Below are positions 1 to 14,450 of a DNA stretch of 64,000 nucleotides, in pieces (position 1 is the first letter of the stretch; each line of letters starts with the position of its first letter). The notes under the pieces were generated by a model that was not told where the DNA came from, searched no databases, and saw only the letters and a list, made by a program, of their open reading frames with translations. This DNA is from Haplodiscus bocki (taxonomy: Eukaryota), in the NCBI GenBank assembly GCA_965655095.1, contig OZ296656.1, forward strand, positions 39,928,001-39,992,000, in the 5' to 3' direction. Both the position numbers and the translations under genes were made by a program.

Positions 1-3000
1 AGCCATGCCAAAGACCATGCATAGGAAACCCTGCGAAAAATGTAACGCAAAAAACCTCTGCAAAAAAGAGCAAGGGAAAAATCCCTGCGAAAGAGCTCAT
101 GGAACTCTCTGCTGAAAAAGAGTGCAGGATAAAAGGGTCCCACGAAAGAGCGTGCCGAAAAACTTTTGGGATATAGGGCGTGGGAAAAAAGGCCTTGCTC
201 AAAAGCGCACCTCAAAAACCCCTGCGGTAGGGCAGCCGCAAAATGGTTCTGCGAAGAAGCGCACGGGGAACAGCCCTAATAAATGCGAACGGAATAAACC
301 ACGCCAAAAGAGCGAACGCAAGAAGCCACTGCAAAGAATCGCAAGGAAAAAGTTCCTGAGGAAGAGCCCATGGATGCCTCCGTTGCGAAAGAGTGACCGG
401 GGAAACAGTCTGCCGAGAGATAGCACGGAAAAAACTCCCGCAAAATAACCTTTGGAATCGTCCATGCGAAACAGTTCTCAGAAGATGTCCCCAAGGAGGA
501 ACCCATGGTAAATGCACTGCCAAAGGCCATGCAGACGATGCCCTGCAAAAGATGTTACGCAAAAAATCAACTTCAAAAAACAACCAGGATAAAACACCTG
601 CGGGATAGGTCATCGAAATCTCCGCTACAAAAGAGTGCAAAATAAAAGGGCTCCAGGACAGAGCGTACCAAAAAAACCCCAGCGAAAGTGCCCAAGGAAG
701 TCTCCCTCGCGAAAAAGTCCACGGAGAAGGCCCCGAAAAAAATGCACCGAAAAATTTTCCGCGAGAGACCGCACTAAAAACGACCCTGCGAAATTGTCCA
801 TGGAAACCGTCCATGCAAAAGAATGCACGGGAAAAGCCCCCGGGAAAAGGCTCAAGGGAAAATCTCTGTGAAAGAGCGTGCCGAAAAAGATTCCTGAAAC
901 AGGGCTCGGAAAAGGACCCCCGTACAAAAACGCACGGTAAGAATCCCTGCGAAAGAGAGCACGGAAAATAGTTCTGCACAAAAAAGCATGAAAAGGAATT
1001 TGCAAAGTAGCGCTAGAAGAAAATCTCTGCGAAAAAGCGCACGCAAAAAGACATTGCAAGGAAGCGAACCGAAAACGCTCCTGGGATTAGCTCATGGACA
1101 TCTCCGCTGCGAATAAGTGCGCGGAGAAACAGCCCCGCGAAAGAGAGCACGAAAAAAGCCCCCACAGAAAAACCAATGGATATCGTTCATGCGAAAGGGT
1201 TCACGGAATTTGTCTCCAGGAAAGAGCCCATTGTAAAAACCCTGCCAAAGACCACGCAGTCGAAGCCCTGCAAAAGATGTTACGCAAAATGCCTCTGCAG
1301 AAAACACCCAGGAAAAAACCCCTGCGGGAGAGCTCATGGACGTCTTTGCTACAAAAGAGTGCAAAATAAAAAGCTCCAGGACAGAGCGTACCAAAAGCCC
1401 CAACGAAAGTGCCCAAGGAAATCTCCCTCGCGGAAAATTCCACGGAGAAGGCCCCGGAAGAAAAGTGCACAAAAAACTCTGCGACAAAGCAAACTGAAAA
1501 CCGCCATGCGAAAGAGTCCATGGTAACCGTCCATGCGAAAGTGTTCACGGAAGATATCCCCGAGAAAGAGGCTACTTAAAATCCCTTCGAAAGTGAATGC
1601 AGAAGAAACCCTGCGAAAGAAGGCATGAAAATTGACTACGCAAAGGAGTGCACGGAAGATGTCCCTTGGAAAGAAACCACAGGAACAGCCGCGGAAAAAG
1701 CATTGCGAAAAAGGCCAAGCAAAACAACCCCGCAAAAGCGCTCGCAGAAACAACCACTGCGAAAAAAGCGCCGCGAAACAATCCATGGAAATCGTCCATA
1801 AGGAGGAGTTCACGGAAACAGTCTCCAAGAAAGAGCCCGTGGTAAAAGCCATGCCAAAGACCATGCATAGGAAACCCTGCGAAAAATGTAACGCAAAAAA
1901 CCTCTGCAAAAAAGAGCAAGGGAAAAACCCCTGCGAAAGAGCTCATGGAACTCTCTGCTGAAAAAGAGTGCAAGATAAAAGGGTCCCACGAAAGAGCGTA
2001 CCAAAAAAGCCCCAGCGATGGAGCCCATAAAAACCGTCCATGCGAAAAGATGCACGCAGGACGCCTCAGAAAAAAATTCACCAAAAAATTTCCCGCGAGA
2101 GAGTGCACAGAAAACTATCCTGCAAAGAAACCATGGAAACCTTCCGTTCGAAAGTTTTTACGGAGGTTGCACCCGGAAAAAAAACCCTTTGGAAAAACCC
2201 TGCGAATGAGCGTGCCGAAAAACTTTTGAGATATAGGGCGCGGGAAAAAAGGCCTTGCTCAAAAGCGCACCTCAAGAACCCCTGCGGTAGGGCAACCGCA
2301 AAATGGTTCTGCGAAGAAGCGCACGGAGAACAGCCCTAAAAAATGCACCCGGAAAGAACCCTGCCGAAAGAGCGCACGAAGAAGCCATTGCAAAGAAGCG
2401 CACGACAATGCTCCTGAGGATGCTCCCATGGATGCCTCCGTTGCGAAAGAGTGCCCGGGAAAGCAGCACGGAAAAAACCCGCACAAAAAAACCAATGGGA
2501 ATCGTCCATGCAAAAAACTTCACGGAAAATGTTTCCAAGAAAGAGCCCATGGTAAAAGTTCTGCCGGAGACCATGCAGACGAAACCCTGCGAAGGATGTT
2601 ACGCAAAGAAGCCCCGGCGAAAAACAGCCCGGATAAAACTTCTGCGGGAGTGCTCATGGAAGTCTCCGCTACAAAAGAAAGCACAATATAAGGGCTCCAC
2701 GACAGAGCGTACTAAAAGGGCCCCAGCAAAAGTGCCCAAGGAGTTCTCCCTCGCAAAAAACTCCACGGAGAAGGCCCGGAAAAAAGTGCACCAAATAAAA
2801 TTCCGCGAGCGACCGCACTTGAAACGAACCTGCGAAAAACTCCATGGAAACCGTCCTTGCAAAAGAACGCGCGGGAGAAGCCCCCGGGAAAAGGCTCAAG
2901 GTAACATCTCCGTGGAAGATCGTGTCGATAAGGAGTCCTAAAAGAGGGCTTGAGAGTAAACCCCCGTACAAAAGCGCACGGCAATAAACCCTGCGAAAGA

Positions 3001-3250
3001 GAGCGGGGAAAATGGTACTGCACAAAATTGCACGAAAAAAAGCTTTGCAAAAAAGTGCTAGGAATAATTCTCTGCGAAAAGGCGCACGCAAAAAGACATT
3101 GCAAGGAAGCGAACCAAAAGCGCTCCTGGGATCAACTCATGGACATCTCCGCTGTAAAAAAGTGCCCGGGGAAATAGCCCCGCGAAAGAGAGCACGGAAA
3201 AAGCCCCGCGAAAGTTTTGCCTGGAAATTGTCCATTCAAGAGAGTGCTCG
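1..3250 (+). repeat. ~2.05-kb tandem duplication; the first copy lacks 214 bp
   Basis: Bases 1-150 are near-identical to 1847-1996 (offset 1846). GAGCGTGCCGAAAAACTTTTG at 148 matches 2208 (offset 2060). Downstream, ~640-1150 resembles ~2680-3200 at lower identity. Boundaries are approximate. Confidence 0.75.
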
Positions 3251-6200
3251 GAAAATGCTCCTGCGAAAAAGCGCACGAATTAGGGCCCTGTGGTTCAGCT
3301 CACGGAAATATCCGCTGCCAAGGAGTGTGCGAAAGAACAAAACTGCAAAAGCAGCACAGAAAAAGCCCCTGCGGAAGAGAGCACGCAAAAATACGCTGGA
3401 AAAGGCACAAGGAAAGGCCCCTGCTATTAAGCCCATAGAAATCTCCTCTGCGGAAGAGTGAACGGAGAAATTCCCGGAAGAAAGTGAACCAAAAATCGTC
3501 GAACAAAAGAGCGAAATCAAAAAGACTTTGCGGAAGAGTCGACGGAAGTCGTCCAATCAAAAGAGTGCACGGAAGATGCACCCGCGGAAACGCCCACGAG
3601 AAAAGCCTTGCGAAAGTGCCTACCAAAAAATCCCCCGCGAAGAAGCCCATGAAAGTCTCCCCTGCGAAAAGTGCAGGGAGAAGCCCCCAAAAAAATGCAC
3701 CAAAAACTCTTCCGCGAGAGAGCGCACTAAAATCGACCCTGCAAAAAAGTTCATGGAAACTGTCCTTGCGAAAGAATGCACGGGGTATGCCCACGTCAAA
3801 AGCTCAAGGGAAAAACCCTGCGAAAGAGCGTGCCGAAATTGTTTCCTGAAAGAGGGCTCGGAACTAGACCCCTGCACAAAGCGCGCGGCAAGAACCCCTG
3901 CGAAAGAGTGCACCGAAAATGGTTCTGCAGAAAAGCGCACGAAAAAAGCTTTGCAGAAAAGCGCTCGGAAAAAATCTCTGCAAAAAAGCGCACGCAAAAA
4001 GACATTGCAAGAAAGCGAACCGAAAACGTTACTGAGGAAGAGATCATGGACATCGCCAGGGCAAAGAATTGCACGGGAAAGCAGCCCAACGAAGGAAAAC
4101 ATGGAAAAAGCACCGGCGAAGAATCCCACCAAAATTGTCCATCCAAAAGAGTTCACGGAAGACGTGCCGGAAAATATTCTACGGTAAAAGCCTTGCCAAA
4201 GACCATGCAGAAGAAAAACTGCGATAGAGGGCACGGAAAGAAGCCCCTGCAAAAAAACGCACGGAAAAAAGGCCTCACAAAAAAAGCTCGTGGAACTCTC
4301 CCCTGCAAAAAATTGCAGAATGAAAGGGCCCCGTGAAAGAGTCCATCGAAATCTCCCCTGCGAAAAAATGTACCGAGAAGGCTTCGAGAAAAATTGCACC
4401 GAAATGTTTCCCGCGGGAGAGCAATCTGAAAATGACCGTGCGAAAGACTCCATGGAAACCGTCCATGCTAAAATGTGCAAAGAAGATGCACCCGTGAAAG
4501 ATCCCACGGAAAAGCCTTGCGAAAGCGCGTGCGGAAAAAGCCTCGCAAAAGAGGACGCGGTTAAAAGCCCCTGTACAAATGCGAACGGCAGAAACCCCGG
4601 CGATAGGGCACACACAAAATGTTTCTGCGGAAAAGCGCACGGAGAGGAGCACTAAAAAAGCGCATGCAAAAACCCCTGGAAAAGAGCGCACGCAAAAATC
4701 CACTGAAAGAAAGCGCACGGAAAAAGCCCTCACAAAAGAGCTCGTGAAACTCTACCGTGAAATAGCGGAGATTAAAATGACACCGCTAAAGAGAGTACTG
4801 GAAAAGCCCCCGCAAAAGAGCCCATGGAAACCAACAATGCGAAAAGATGCACGGAAGAGGCCCGGGAAAAGAATGCGCCAAAAAGTTTCCCTCGTGGGAG
4901 CGCACTGAAAACGACCCCGCGAAAGAGTCTATCGAAGCCGTCCTTGCGAAGGCTTGCACGGAAGAGGCGCTCGGGAAATAACCCATGGGAAAGGCCCATC
5001 GAAAATCGTGCCGAAAAAGTTTCGGGGAAAAGGGCGCGGAAATAAAACCCTGCACAAAACCGCAACGCAAAAACCCCTGCGGTAAGGCTCCCGAAAAATG
5101 GTTGCGCGAAGGAGCGCACGGAGAAGAGCCCTAAAAAACGCGCACTGAAAAAACCCCGCTGAAAGAGCGCACGCAAAAGTCAATGCAAAGAATCGCAAGG
5201 AAAAAGCTCCTGGGGATGAGCCAATGGATGCCTCCGTTGCGAAAGAGTGCCCGGGGAAACAGCCTCGCGAGAGATAGCACGGAAAAAGCTCCCGCAAAAA
5301 AGCCCCTTGGAAGTCGTCCATGCGAAGCAGTTCACGGCGGAAGATGTCACCAAGAAAGAGCCCACGGGATTTTCTCTGCAAAAAAGCGCACAGAAGAAGC
5401 CACTGCGTAAAAAAGGCACGGAACCAGCCCCCCCTGAAAAAGTGCTTGAAAATAACCACTGTGGAGAAGCGCTGGGAAAAAGCCATACCGAAAAAACCCA
5501 TGGAAATTTTCCATGCGAAAAAGTTCACGTAAGATATCCCCGAGAGGGAGCCCACTTAAAATCCTTGCGAAAGTGCATGCAGAAGAAACCCTGCGAAAGA
5601 GGACATAGAAAAAAGCCCCTGCAAAAAAGCGCACGGAAAAAGCTCCCACTAAAGAGCTCATGAAACTCTCCACCGTGAAAGAGTGCACGATAGAAATACC
5701 CCACAAAAAGCACATGGAAAAGCCACTTGTGAAAAAGCGAAAGACAAAAGTTCTTGCAAAATAGCGCAGCTAATTTGTTGCTCCGAAAAAACGCACGAGA
5801 AAGCCGCCACTGGAAACATCCCTGCAAAAAAATGCACGGAAGAGGCCCCTGAGAAAGAGCTCACGGTAAAAACCTCGCGATAGTTAATCCAGAAGACCTG
5901 GGAACGAAAGAGTACGTGGAAAAAAGGTCCTGCGAAAGAGTGCACGCAAAAAATCACTGCAAATAAGCGGACGGAAAAGGCGCCCGGGGATAAGTCCAGG
6001 AAAAGCTGCGCTGCAAAAGAAGGTTTGAGAAAAAAGCCCGCGAAAGAGTCCATGGAAATCGTCCACGCGAAAGTGTCCAAGGAATGTGCCCCCGTAAAAA
6101 ATCCTACGAAAGCGCGTGTGGAAAATGCACAGCAAAAGAGAACACGGCAAAGACTCCTGCAAAAGGGAGCAAGGAAATATCAACTGCTAAAAAAGACACG

Positions 6201-9200
6201 GAAAAGCCCCTGCGAATAAACCCATGGAAATTTCCCCTGCGAAAGAGGGCATGGTGAAGACACGGATTAAAAAAGCACCGAAAAATCTCCCGCAATATAG
6301 CGCACCGAAATCGACCCCGCGAAACGGTGCACGGTAAGAAAGCCCGGATAAGGGCGAATTGAAAAAACCACTCCGATAAAACGCACGGAAGAAGCCGGGC
6401 AATGAGCCACTGAAGATCGTCTATGCGAAAAAAGTGCACGCGGAAAAAAGCCCACGGAAAAATCCTGCGAAAAAGCGTGCGGCAAAAACCGCTGAGATAG
6501 AACGCACGTAAAAAATCTTCTGCGGAAAGGCGCACGGAAGGAGTCCCTGCAAAAAAGCGCACGGGAAAAGCCCCTGCGAAAGAGCACAGGCACAAAGCCA
6601 TTTCAGAGAAGCGAAGCGAAAGTGCTCTTGGGGATGAGCTCATTGACATCACCGCTGCAAAAGAGTGCCGCGGGAGACAACCCCGCGAAAGAGAGCACTG
6701 AAAAAGCCCCAGCGAAGAAGCCCACGGAAGAGGACATTTGAGAAAGTGCACGGAAGAAGCTCTAACAAAAGGGCTCGCGTAAAAAATTCCCGCGAAGGAG
6801 CACACGGAAAAGACCCCTGCAAAAGAGTGCACGAAAGATTCGGAAAGAAAGCAGCGCAGAAAAAAACTACTATGAAAGAGCGCAAAAAAAGCCCCTGCGA
6901 ATGATCGCACCGACAAAGTCCCCTTCAAGAAGTCCACGGAAAAAGCACTGGTGGTAGAGCGCACAACACAATCTTTCACAAGAAGCGCAGGTGAAAAAAA
7001 GCTGCTGCAAAACAGCACACGAAAACCCCGTCCCGGCAAAAAAAAGACCACAGAATAAGCACCTGTGAACGAACGCACAGAAAAGCCCTTACAAAGAGCA
7101 CAGGGGAAAAGTTGCTGCAAAAAATCGCACGGAAAACCACTGCGGAAAAGTGAAAGGAAAAAGCCACCGCTAGTGAGCGCACTGAGGAAGGCGCTATGGA
7201 AGGGCAGACTGAAAAAACGCCAGAGAAAGAACGCACCGAATAATCCTCCGCGAAAGAGCGCACTGTACTTAATCGTGCGAAAGTGTGCGCCAAAAAGATT
7301 TTCCTTGACCGAGCGCACCGAATAAGCCACTGCAATAAAACGGCACAGAGAAGTAGCGCACCAAAAATTCCCCCCAAGAGTGCGCACTGAAAACGACCCT
7401 GGGGAAGAGTCCATGCAGCTCGTCCATGCGAAAGAGCTCACGGAAGAAGCCCCCAGGAAAAACCCACGGGAAAAGCCTTGCGAAAAAGCTCGTGGAGAAA
7501 ATACTTGTGAAAAGTGCACGAAAAAAATCTTACATAAGAGCGCAAGTAAAAAACGTCTGCGGAAGAGTGCGCATGCAAAAAGCCGTTCTGAAACAGCGCA
7601 AGAAAGAGCCCCTGCTAAAAAGTGCATGGAAATCTATGCTGCAAGAGTGTGCGCGGGATAAAAGCCCTGAGAAAGAGAGCACGGAGAATGGCCTGCGAAC
7701 TATCCCATGGAAGTCTCCCCTGCCAAAGAGAGCACGGAAGAAACCACTGCAAAGGAGCGCACGGAAAATGCTCCCGGGGCTGATCCCATGAATATCTCTG
7801 CTGCAAAAAAGTGCACGAGAAAACAGACCCGCAAAAATTACACGGGAAATGCACATTTAGAAAAGTGCACAAAAAAGATCTTACAAAAGAGCGCAGGGAA
7901 CGTTTACCCGCAAAAGAGGGCACGGAAAAGCCCCATGATAAAACCCAGGGAAAAAGACTTTGTGGTAGAGCGTACGAAAAGGTCTTTTGCAAGAGGGCGC
8001 ATCCAAAAGACCCACGCAAAAGAGCGCACCGAAAACTCCTCCGCAAAAAAGACCACAGAAAAAGCATCTGTGAATGAACAGTCGAAAAAAAGCCTTAAAA
8101 GGAGCGCAGGTGAAAAACTGCTTCAAAAGAAGCCCAGGGGAAATCTCTGCGGAAGAATGGACGGAAAAAGACGCCGTTAGCGAGCGCAGTGAAGAATGTG
8201 GTACGAAAGAGAGCACTGAAAAGACCACCGAGAGAGAGAGCGCACCAAAAAACCTCTGGCGAGAAAGCGCACTGAAATTAATCTTGCAAAGGAGTGCACG
8301 GCACGAAATCCCGCGAACAAGCGCAAAGAGGAAACCTTTTAGAACAGTGGGCGCGGAACCAACCCCCGCGAAAGAGTGCTCGCAAAAAACCGCTCCGAAC
8401 AAGCGCACAGGAAGGAGCCCCTGCAAATAAGCGCACGAATGACGTCCCAGCGAAATAGCGCACCGGAAAAAGCCGCCTTCAAAAAACCCACGGAAAAGCA
8501 CTGGTAGTAGAGCGCACAAACAAATTGTTTTACAAAAAGCGCAGGGGTAAAACTGCCGCAAAAGAGAGAACGGAAAAACCTTTGCAGAAGAGCGCACAAA
8601 AAAATGCCTTTCTGAAAATTTGCGAGGAAAAAATCCAATAGAAAAAAATTATGGAGTCAGCTTCGCCATATCAACGCACGAAGGAGGCCCTGCAAGAAAG
8701 CGAACGAAAAACGCCCAAGCGAAAGTTGCCATAAAAGTTGTCCCCGCAAAACGGTGCACGGAAAAAAACCTCGCATAACCGAGCATGGAAATAGCCCCCG
8801 CGAAAAAACCCACGAGAAAAGCACATGTGAACAAGTGCACGAATAGAATAAAGTCTTTACAAAGGGGCGAAGGTAAAAAGTTCCCGCGAAAGAACGAACA
8901 AAAAAACCCTTGCGAAGAGCGCACGAAGCAAGCGCCTGCGAAGGAATCGATGGACACTGTCCATGCAAAAGAGTACACGGAAGACGCTACCGCAAAAAAG
9001 TGCACAATGAAAAACCCGCGGAGGAGCGCATGGAAAAAACCACTTCAAAAAAACGCACGGAAGAAGCCCGCGAAAAACACATGGAAACCGTTCATGCGAA
9101 AAGGTGCACGGAAACTGCCCCCGTGAAAAAGCTCACGGGAAAGTCCTGCGAAAGAGCGTGAGGAAAAAGCTTTTTGAGAGAGGGCGCGGAAAAAAACCCG

Positions 9201-9849
9201 ATCACAAAAGCGCACGGTAGAAACCGCTGAGATGGAGCGCACGTAAGAGAGCTTCTGCGGAGAAGCGCACGCTAGGAGCCACTGCAAAGAAGCCCATGAA
9301 AAAAGTCCCAGCGAAAGAGCGCACCAAAAAAGCCGCCTTGACAGAAACCACGGAAAAGCACTGGTAGTAGAGCGCACAAACAAAATTTTTCACAAAAAGC
9401 TCAACTGAAAAACCCACTGGAAATAAATAAACCGAAAGCCCCCCCTGCAAAAGAGACCACAAAAAAGCACCTGTGAATGACTGCACAAAAAAACCTCTAC
9501 AAAGGAGCGCAGGTATGAAACTCCTGCCAAAAAGGGCGCAGAAAAAACCACTGTGAAAAAGCTAACCAAAATTTTTTCTAAAAAGCTTACAGAAAAAATC
9601 AGCGCAAACGACCGCTCAGAAAAATTCACTGCGAAAAAAAACACGGAAGAAACCGCTGCGATGCAGTGCTTGCAAAAAACCACTGCGAACGAACGCGCGA
9701 AAAAAGCCCCGCGAAAGAGTCCATGGAAATCGTCCTTGTCAATGAGTTCACGTAAGATGTCCCCGGGAGAGAGCCCACGGTGAAAGCCCTGCAGATGTGC
9801 ATGCAGAAAAAGCCCGGTGATGGAGCGCAAGGAAAAACCCCTGCGAAAG

Positions 9850-11110
9850 AGAGCACCGAAAAGGCTCCCTTGACAAAACCCACGTAAATAGCACTGGTGG
9901 TGAAGCGATCAAAAAAATCTTTTACAACAGCGCAGGTTAAAACCTACTGCAAAAGAGGGCACTGAAAACATCTGCGGAAGAGTGGACGGGAAAAGCCATT
10001 GCTAGCGAGCGCACTGAAAAGGGCGCAACGAAAAGGTGCTTTGAAAACACCCCAAGAAAAAGTGCACCGAAAAATCCCCTGCGAGGGAGCGCACTGAAAT
10101 TAATCCTTCGAAAGAGTGCAATGAAGAAATTCCCGCGAACGACGGCGCAGAAGAAGCCATTGCGAAAAAAAACAAGGAACAAGGCGCTGTGAATGAGTGC
10201 TTGCAAAAAACCACTGCAAAACAAACGCTAGGAAAAAAGGCCCCGCGAAAAAGCTCAAGGAAATCGTCCATGCGAAAGTGTTCATGTAAGATGTCCCAGA
10301 CAGAGCCCATGGTAAAACCACTGCGAGAGTGCATGCAGAAAAAGCCCTGCGAAAGAAGCCATCGGAAAAAGTACCGAGAAGGAGTTCATGGAAATCGTCC
10401 ATGCGGAAGACTCCGAGTATGCTGTCCCCGGGAGGAAGAGCGCAAAGAAAAAAGCCCCGCTATGAAACCCATGGAACTCATCCATGCGAAAGAGTTCATG
10501 TAAGATGTAAGATGTCCCCGGCAGAGTGCCCACTGTAAAAGCCCTGTGAAAGTACATGCATAAGAAGCCCTGTGAGAGAGCGCAAGAAAAAAGCCCCTGC
10601 GGAAGAACGCACCGAAAAGGCTCCTGTGACAAAACCCACGGAAGTAGCACTGGTGGTAGAGTGCACAAAAAATCATTTAAAACAAACAAACAAACGCAGG
10701 TGAAAACCTGCTGCAAAAGAGGGCACCGAAAACTTCTGCGGAAGAGTAGACGGCAAAAGCCACTGGTAGCGAAAGCACTGAAAAAGGCGCTATGAAAAAG
10801 TGGACTGAAGAAACCCCAGAGAAAGAGCACACCGCAAAACCCCCTGCGAGAGAGCGCACTGAAATTAATCCTGTGAAACAGTGCATAGAAACGAATCCCC
10901 GCGAACGACAGCGCAGAAGAAGCCATTGCGAAATAAAACAAGGAAAAGGCCGCTGCGAAGGGGTGCTTGCAAAAAGCCACTGCAAAAAAACGCTAGGAAA
11001 AGGCCCCGCAAAAAAACTATGGAAATCGTCCATGTGAGAGAAATCACGCAAGATGTCTCCTCGAGGGAGCCCGAAGTAAAAGCCCTGCGAAAGTGCATGC
11101 AGAAGAACAC
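9850..11110 (+). repeat. Diverged ~756-bp tandem duplication
   Basis: GCACCGAAAAGGCTCC...ACAAAACCCACG...TAGCACTGGTGGT occurs at 9853 and 10609, with collinear similarity downstream (e.g. GCGCACTGAAATTAATCCT and GCGCAGAAGAAGCCATTGCG in both copies). Confidence 0.7.
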
Positions 11111-13169
11111 CTCCGGAAAAGGGTATGGAAAAAGCCCCCGTGAAAGGGCTCATGAAAAATTCTCTTGCGGAAACGTTCACGGGAAAAGAATCCCGCGATA
11201 GAGCGCACAAAAAAAGTTTTAGAAAAGGGCGCAAGTAAAAAGCTCCTGCAAAAAAGATCGCAGAAAAAACCCCTACGAAAAAGCACACCATAAAATTTTT
11301 GCAAAAAAGCTCACAGAAAAAACACCTGTGAGAGAGCGCACGAAAAAAACCGTACATATGAGCGCAGGTAAAAATCGGCTGCGAAAGAGTGCACAGAAAA
11401 ATTCTGCGGAAAAGTGGACGGAGAACGCCAGTGTTAACGAATGCAATGAAAAAACCCGAAGAAAAAGGCAGAACGAAAAATCCCGCCCCTGAAAGCCTGG
11501 TTTAAATTGTTCCTGCGAAAGAATGGACGGAGAAAGAAATCCAGCGAAGGAGCGCACAGGAAAGGCACTTCTAAAAAAAAGCACGGAGCAAACCGCCGCG
11601 AAAGAGTTCTCTCAAAAAACCACTGCTAAAAACGCACGGAAAAAGCTTCCGCGAAAAAACCCACGGAAATCATGCATGCGGAAAAGTTCGCGGAAGACAG
11701 CCCGGGGAAGGAGCCCACGGTAAAAGCCTTGCGAGAGTGCATGCAGAAGAAGCCGTGGAAAAGAGCGCAAAGAAAAAAGCCCCGCTATGAAACCCATGGA
11801 ACTCATCCATGCGAAAGAGTTCATGTAAGATGTAAGATGTCCGCGGGAGAGAGCCCTCGATAAAAGCCCTGTGAAATTGCATGCAGAAGAAGCCGTGCAA
11901 AAGAGCGCATAGAAAAAAGCCCTAAGAAGGAAACCCTGTAAATCGTACATGGAAAAGACTCCTGCTAGGCGGAGAAAGCCACTACTAACGAGCGAACTGA
12001 AATAGGCACTATGAAAACGCACACTTACAAAACCTTACAGAGAGAGCGCACAGAGAAAGCCACTTCGAAAAAAAGGCTCGAAACAAGCAACTACGAATGA
12101 GTGCTGCCAAAAAGCCCCTGCAAAAAAGAGCACGGAAAAAGCCCTACGAAAACGCACGCGCAGAGCCACTGCGAAAATGTGCACGGAAAAAGCCCCCGCG
12201 AAAAAGGCCATGTATATCGTGCATGCGAAAAAATTCGCGGAAGACGTCCCCGGGAAATACATCATAGTAAAAGCCTTGCAAAAGTGCCTGCAGAAGAAGC
12301 CCTGCAAAGGAGGACATGGAAAAAAGCCCGTGCAAGAAAGCGCACGGAAAAAACCCTACTAAAAAGCGAAGGCACAAAGCCACTGCGAAAATTGTTTGGA
12401 AAAGACCCCCAAGAAAGAGCACGATAAAAAGATTCGCAAAAAATTCCACGAGAGTAGCACTTGTGAAAGGGCGCACAAAAAAAAGTCTGACAAAATAGTG
12501 CAGCTAAGAAATCCGCGAAGAAATGCAAGGAGAAAACTGCGGAGACAACGCACCAAAAAGCCCCCGAGAGAAAGTGCACTGAAAAAGCCCTTGCAGAAGA
12601 GGGCACGGAAGATGCCCCCGGGAAAGAACCCACGGTAAAAGCCTTGCGGATGTTAAAGCAAAAAAAGCCCTGAGAACGAAGGAGGGTAAAGAAAAAAGGC
12701 GTTGCGGAAGATTGCACGCAAAAAACCACTGCAAAAAAGTGCACGGAAAAGGCTCCGGGGATCAACCCATGTAAGTTTTCGCCGCAAAAGAGGGCTTGGA
12801 AACTAGCCCCTGCGACCACTGCGATTGAGTGCACGCAAAAAAACACTGCAAGGAACCGCACGGAAAAACCCTCCCTGAGGAAGCCCATGGCCCATGGAAA
12901 TCTCTCCTGTAAAAATAGTGCACAGGAAAAGAACCCCGCGGAAGAAAGCACTGGAAAACCACCTGCGAAAGAGAGCACGAAGGATACCTTTACAAAGGAG
13001 CAACGATTAAAAACTCCTGCAAAAACAGGCGCAGAAAAAGCCCCTGCCGAATAAGACACTAAAATAAATTTGACAGAAAGCCACCTGAAAAAGCACCTGT
13101 GAAAGAGAGCACAAAAAAAGCCCAGACAAAGCTGCGCAGGTAAAAAACTGCTATTAAAAAGCGCAGTCA

Positions 13170-14450
13170 ATAAGCCCCTACCAAAGAGCGCAAGGAACAA
13201 TTCCACGGTAAACAGCCGCAGATAAAGCACATGTGATACATCGCACAGAATAGGCCCTTACAGATGAATGCAGATAAAGAACTTTTAAATAAGAACACAC
13301 TAAAACAGCCCTCTTGAAGAAATCAGCGGAAGAAGCATTTGTGGTAGGGCGCCCAAGAAAGTCTTACAAAGGCGAATGCAAAAAGTCCACGCGAAATAGC
13401 GCACCGATCAACCCCCCCCACAGAAAAGACCACAGAAAAAGCACCTGTGACATAAAGCACAAAAAAAGCCCTTACAAAGAGCGCCGATGAAACTCTGCTG
13501 CAAGAAAGCACACGGAGAACCTCTGCGAAAGACGGGACGGAAAAAACCACTGCTAACGAGGGAACTGGAAAAAGCGCTATGAGAGAGCGCACTGAAAAAA
13601 CCCAAGAAAAAAGCACACCGATATATCCCCCGCAAGAAGGCGCATTGAAATTAATCATTCGGAAGAGTGCGAGGAGAGAATCCGACTGAACGGGCGCGCA
13701 GAAAAAACTACTGCGAAAATAAAGCACGGAGGAAGTTGGTGCGAAAGAGTGCTCGCGAATAGCCACTGCGAAGGAATTCATGGAAGTCGTCCATGCGAGA
13801 GAGTTTACGGTTGATGTCCACGGGAAAGAGCGCACGGTAAAAAACCTGCGAAAGTGCTTACAGATGAAGCCCTGCGAAAGTGGGCATAGAAAAAAGCCCC
13901 TGGAAAAAAGCGCACAGAAAAAACCCCCACGAAAGAGCTCATGGAACTCTCCGTTATTGAAAAAGTGCTTGATAAAAAAGCCACGCAAAGAAGCCCACGG
14001 AAAAAGCACCTGTGAAAAAGCACACGACAAAGCCTCTTAGAAAAAAGCGCAACCAACCAGCCGCTGCAAAAAAGTGCTAGGAAAACCCTCTGCAAAAACC
14101 CCACGGAAAAGACCCTTAGGAAAGAACAGAAGGAGAAAATCGAAGAGAGAACGCACCAAAACGTCCCCCATGAGAGAGCGCAATGAAACCACCCCTGCAA
14201 AAGAGAGCACGAAAAATGCCACCGGGAAAGAGCCCACGGTAAAAGCCTTGCAAAAGTTCATGCAGAAGAAGCACTGTGAACAAAAAAGGACGTGGATAAA
14301 AGGTCCTGGGAATGAGTGCACGCAGAAAATAACTGCAAATAAGCGCACGGAAAAAGCTCCCGGGATAGGCCCATGAATAACTGCGCTACCAAAGCAGGTA
14401 TGGAAAAAAGCACCGCGAGGGAGTCCATGGAAATCGTCCATGCGAAGGAG
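13170..14450 (+). repeat. Solitary partial copy of the ~1.97-kb HOR unit, ~19 kb upstream of its tandem array
   Basis: AGCCCCTACCAAAGAGCGCAAGGAACAATTCCACGGTAAACAGCCGCAGATAAAGCACATGTGATACATCGCACAGA at ~13173 matches ~32104. The same spurious minus-strand ORF start (MLYLRLFTVELFLALFGRG) occurs at 13230, 32161, 34126, 36110, 38077 and 40053. Confidence 0.85.

Noticed and set aside
6104-7627. Longest ORF (507 aa, minus strand) and the other Phe/Arg/Ser-rich minus-strand ORFs (e.g. 53726-54904, 47126-48157, 34262-35284)
   Set aside because: They are translations of the stop-poor repeat (RALFRRGFF/VRSFAGAFS motifs). They overlap in all frames, have no recognisable domain, and homologous copies are frameshifted.
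10678-10695. (AAAC)4 microsatellite and other tiny slippage duplications (CCCATGG x2 at ~12884, GCGGCT x2 at ~45344, CAT x2 at ~27118)
   Set aside because: These are ordinary slippage events, useful only as lineage markers.
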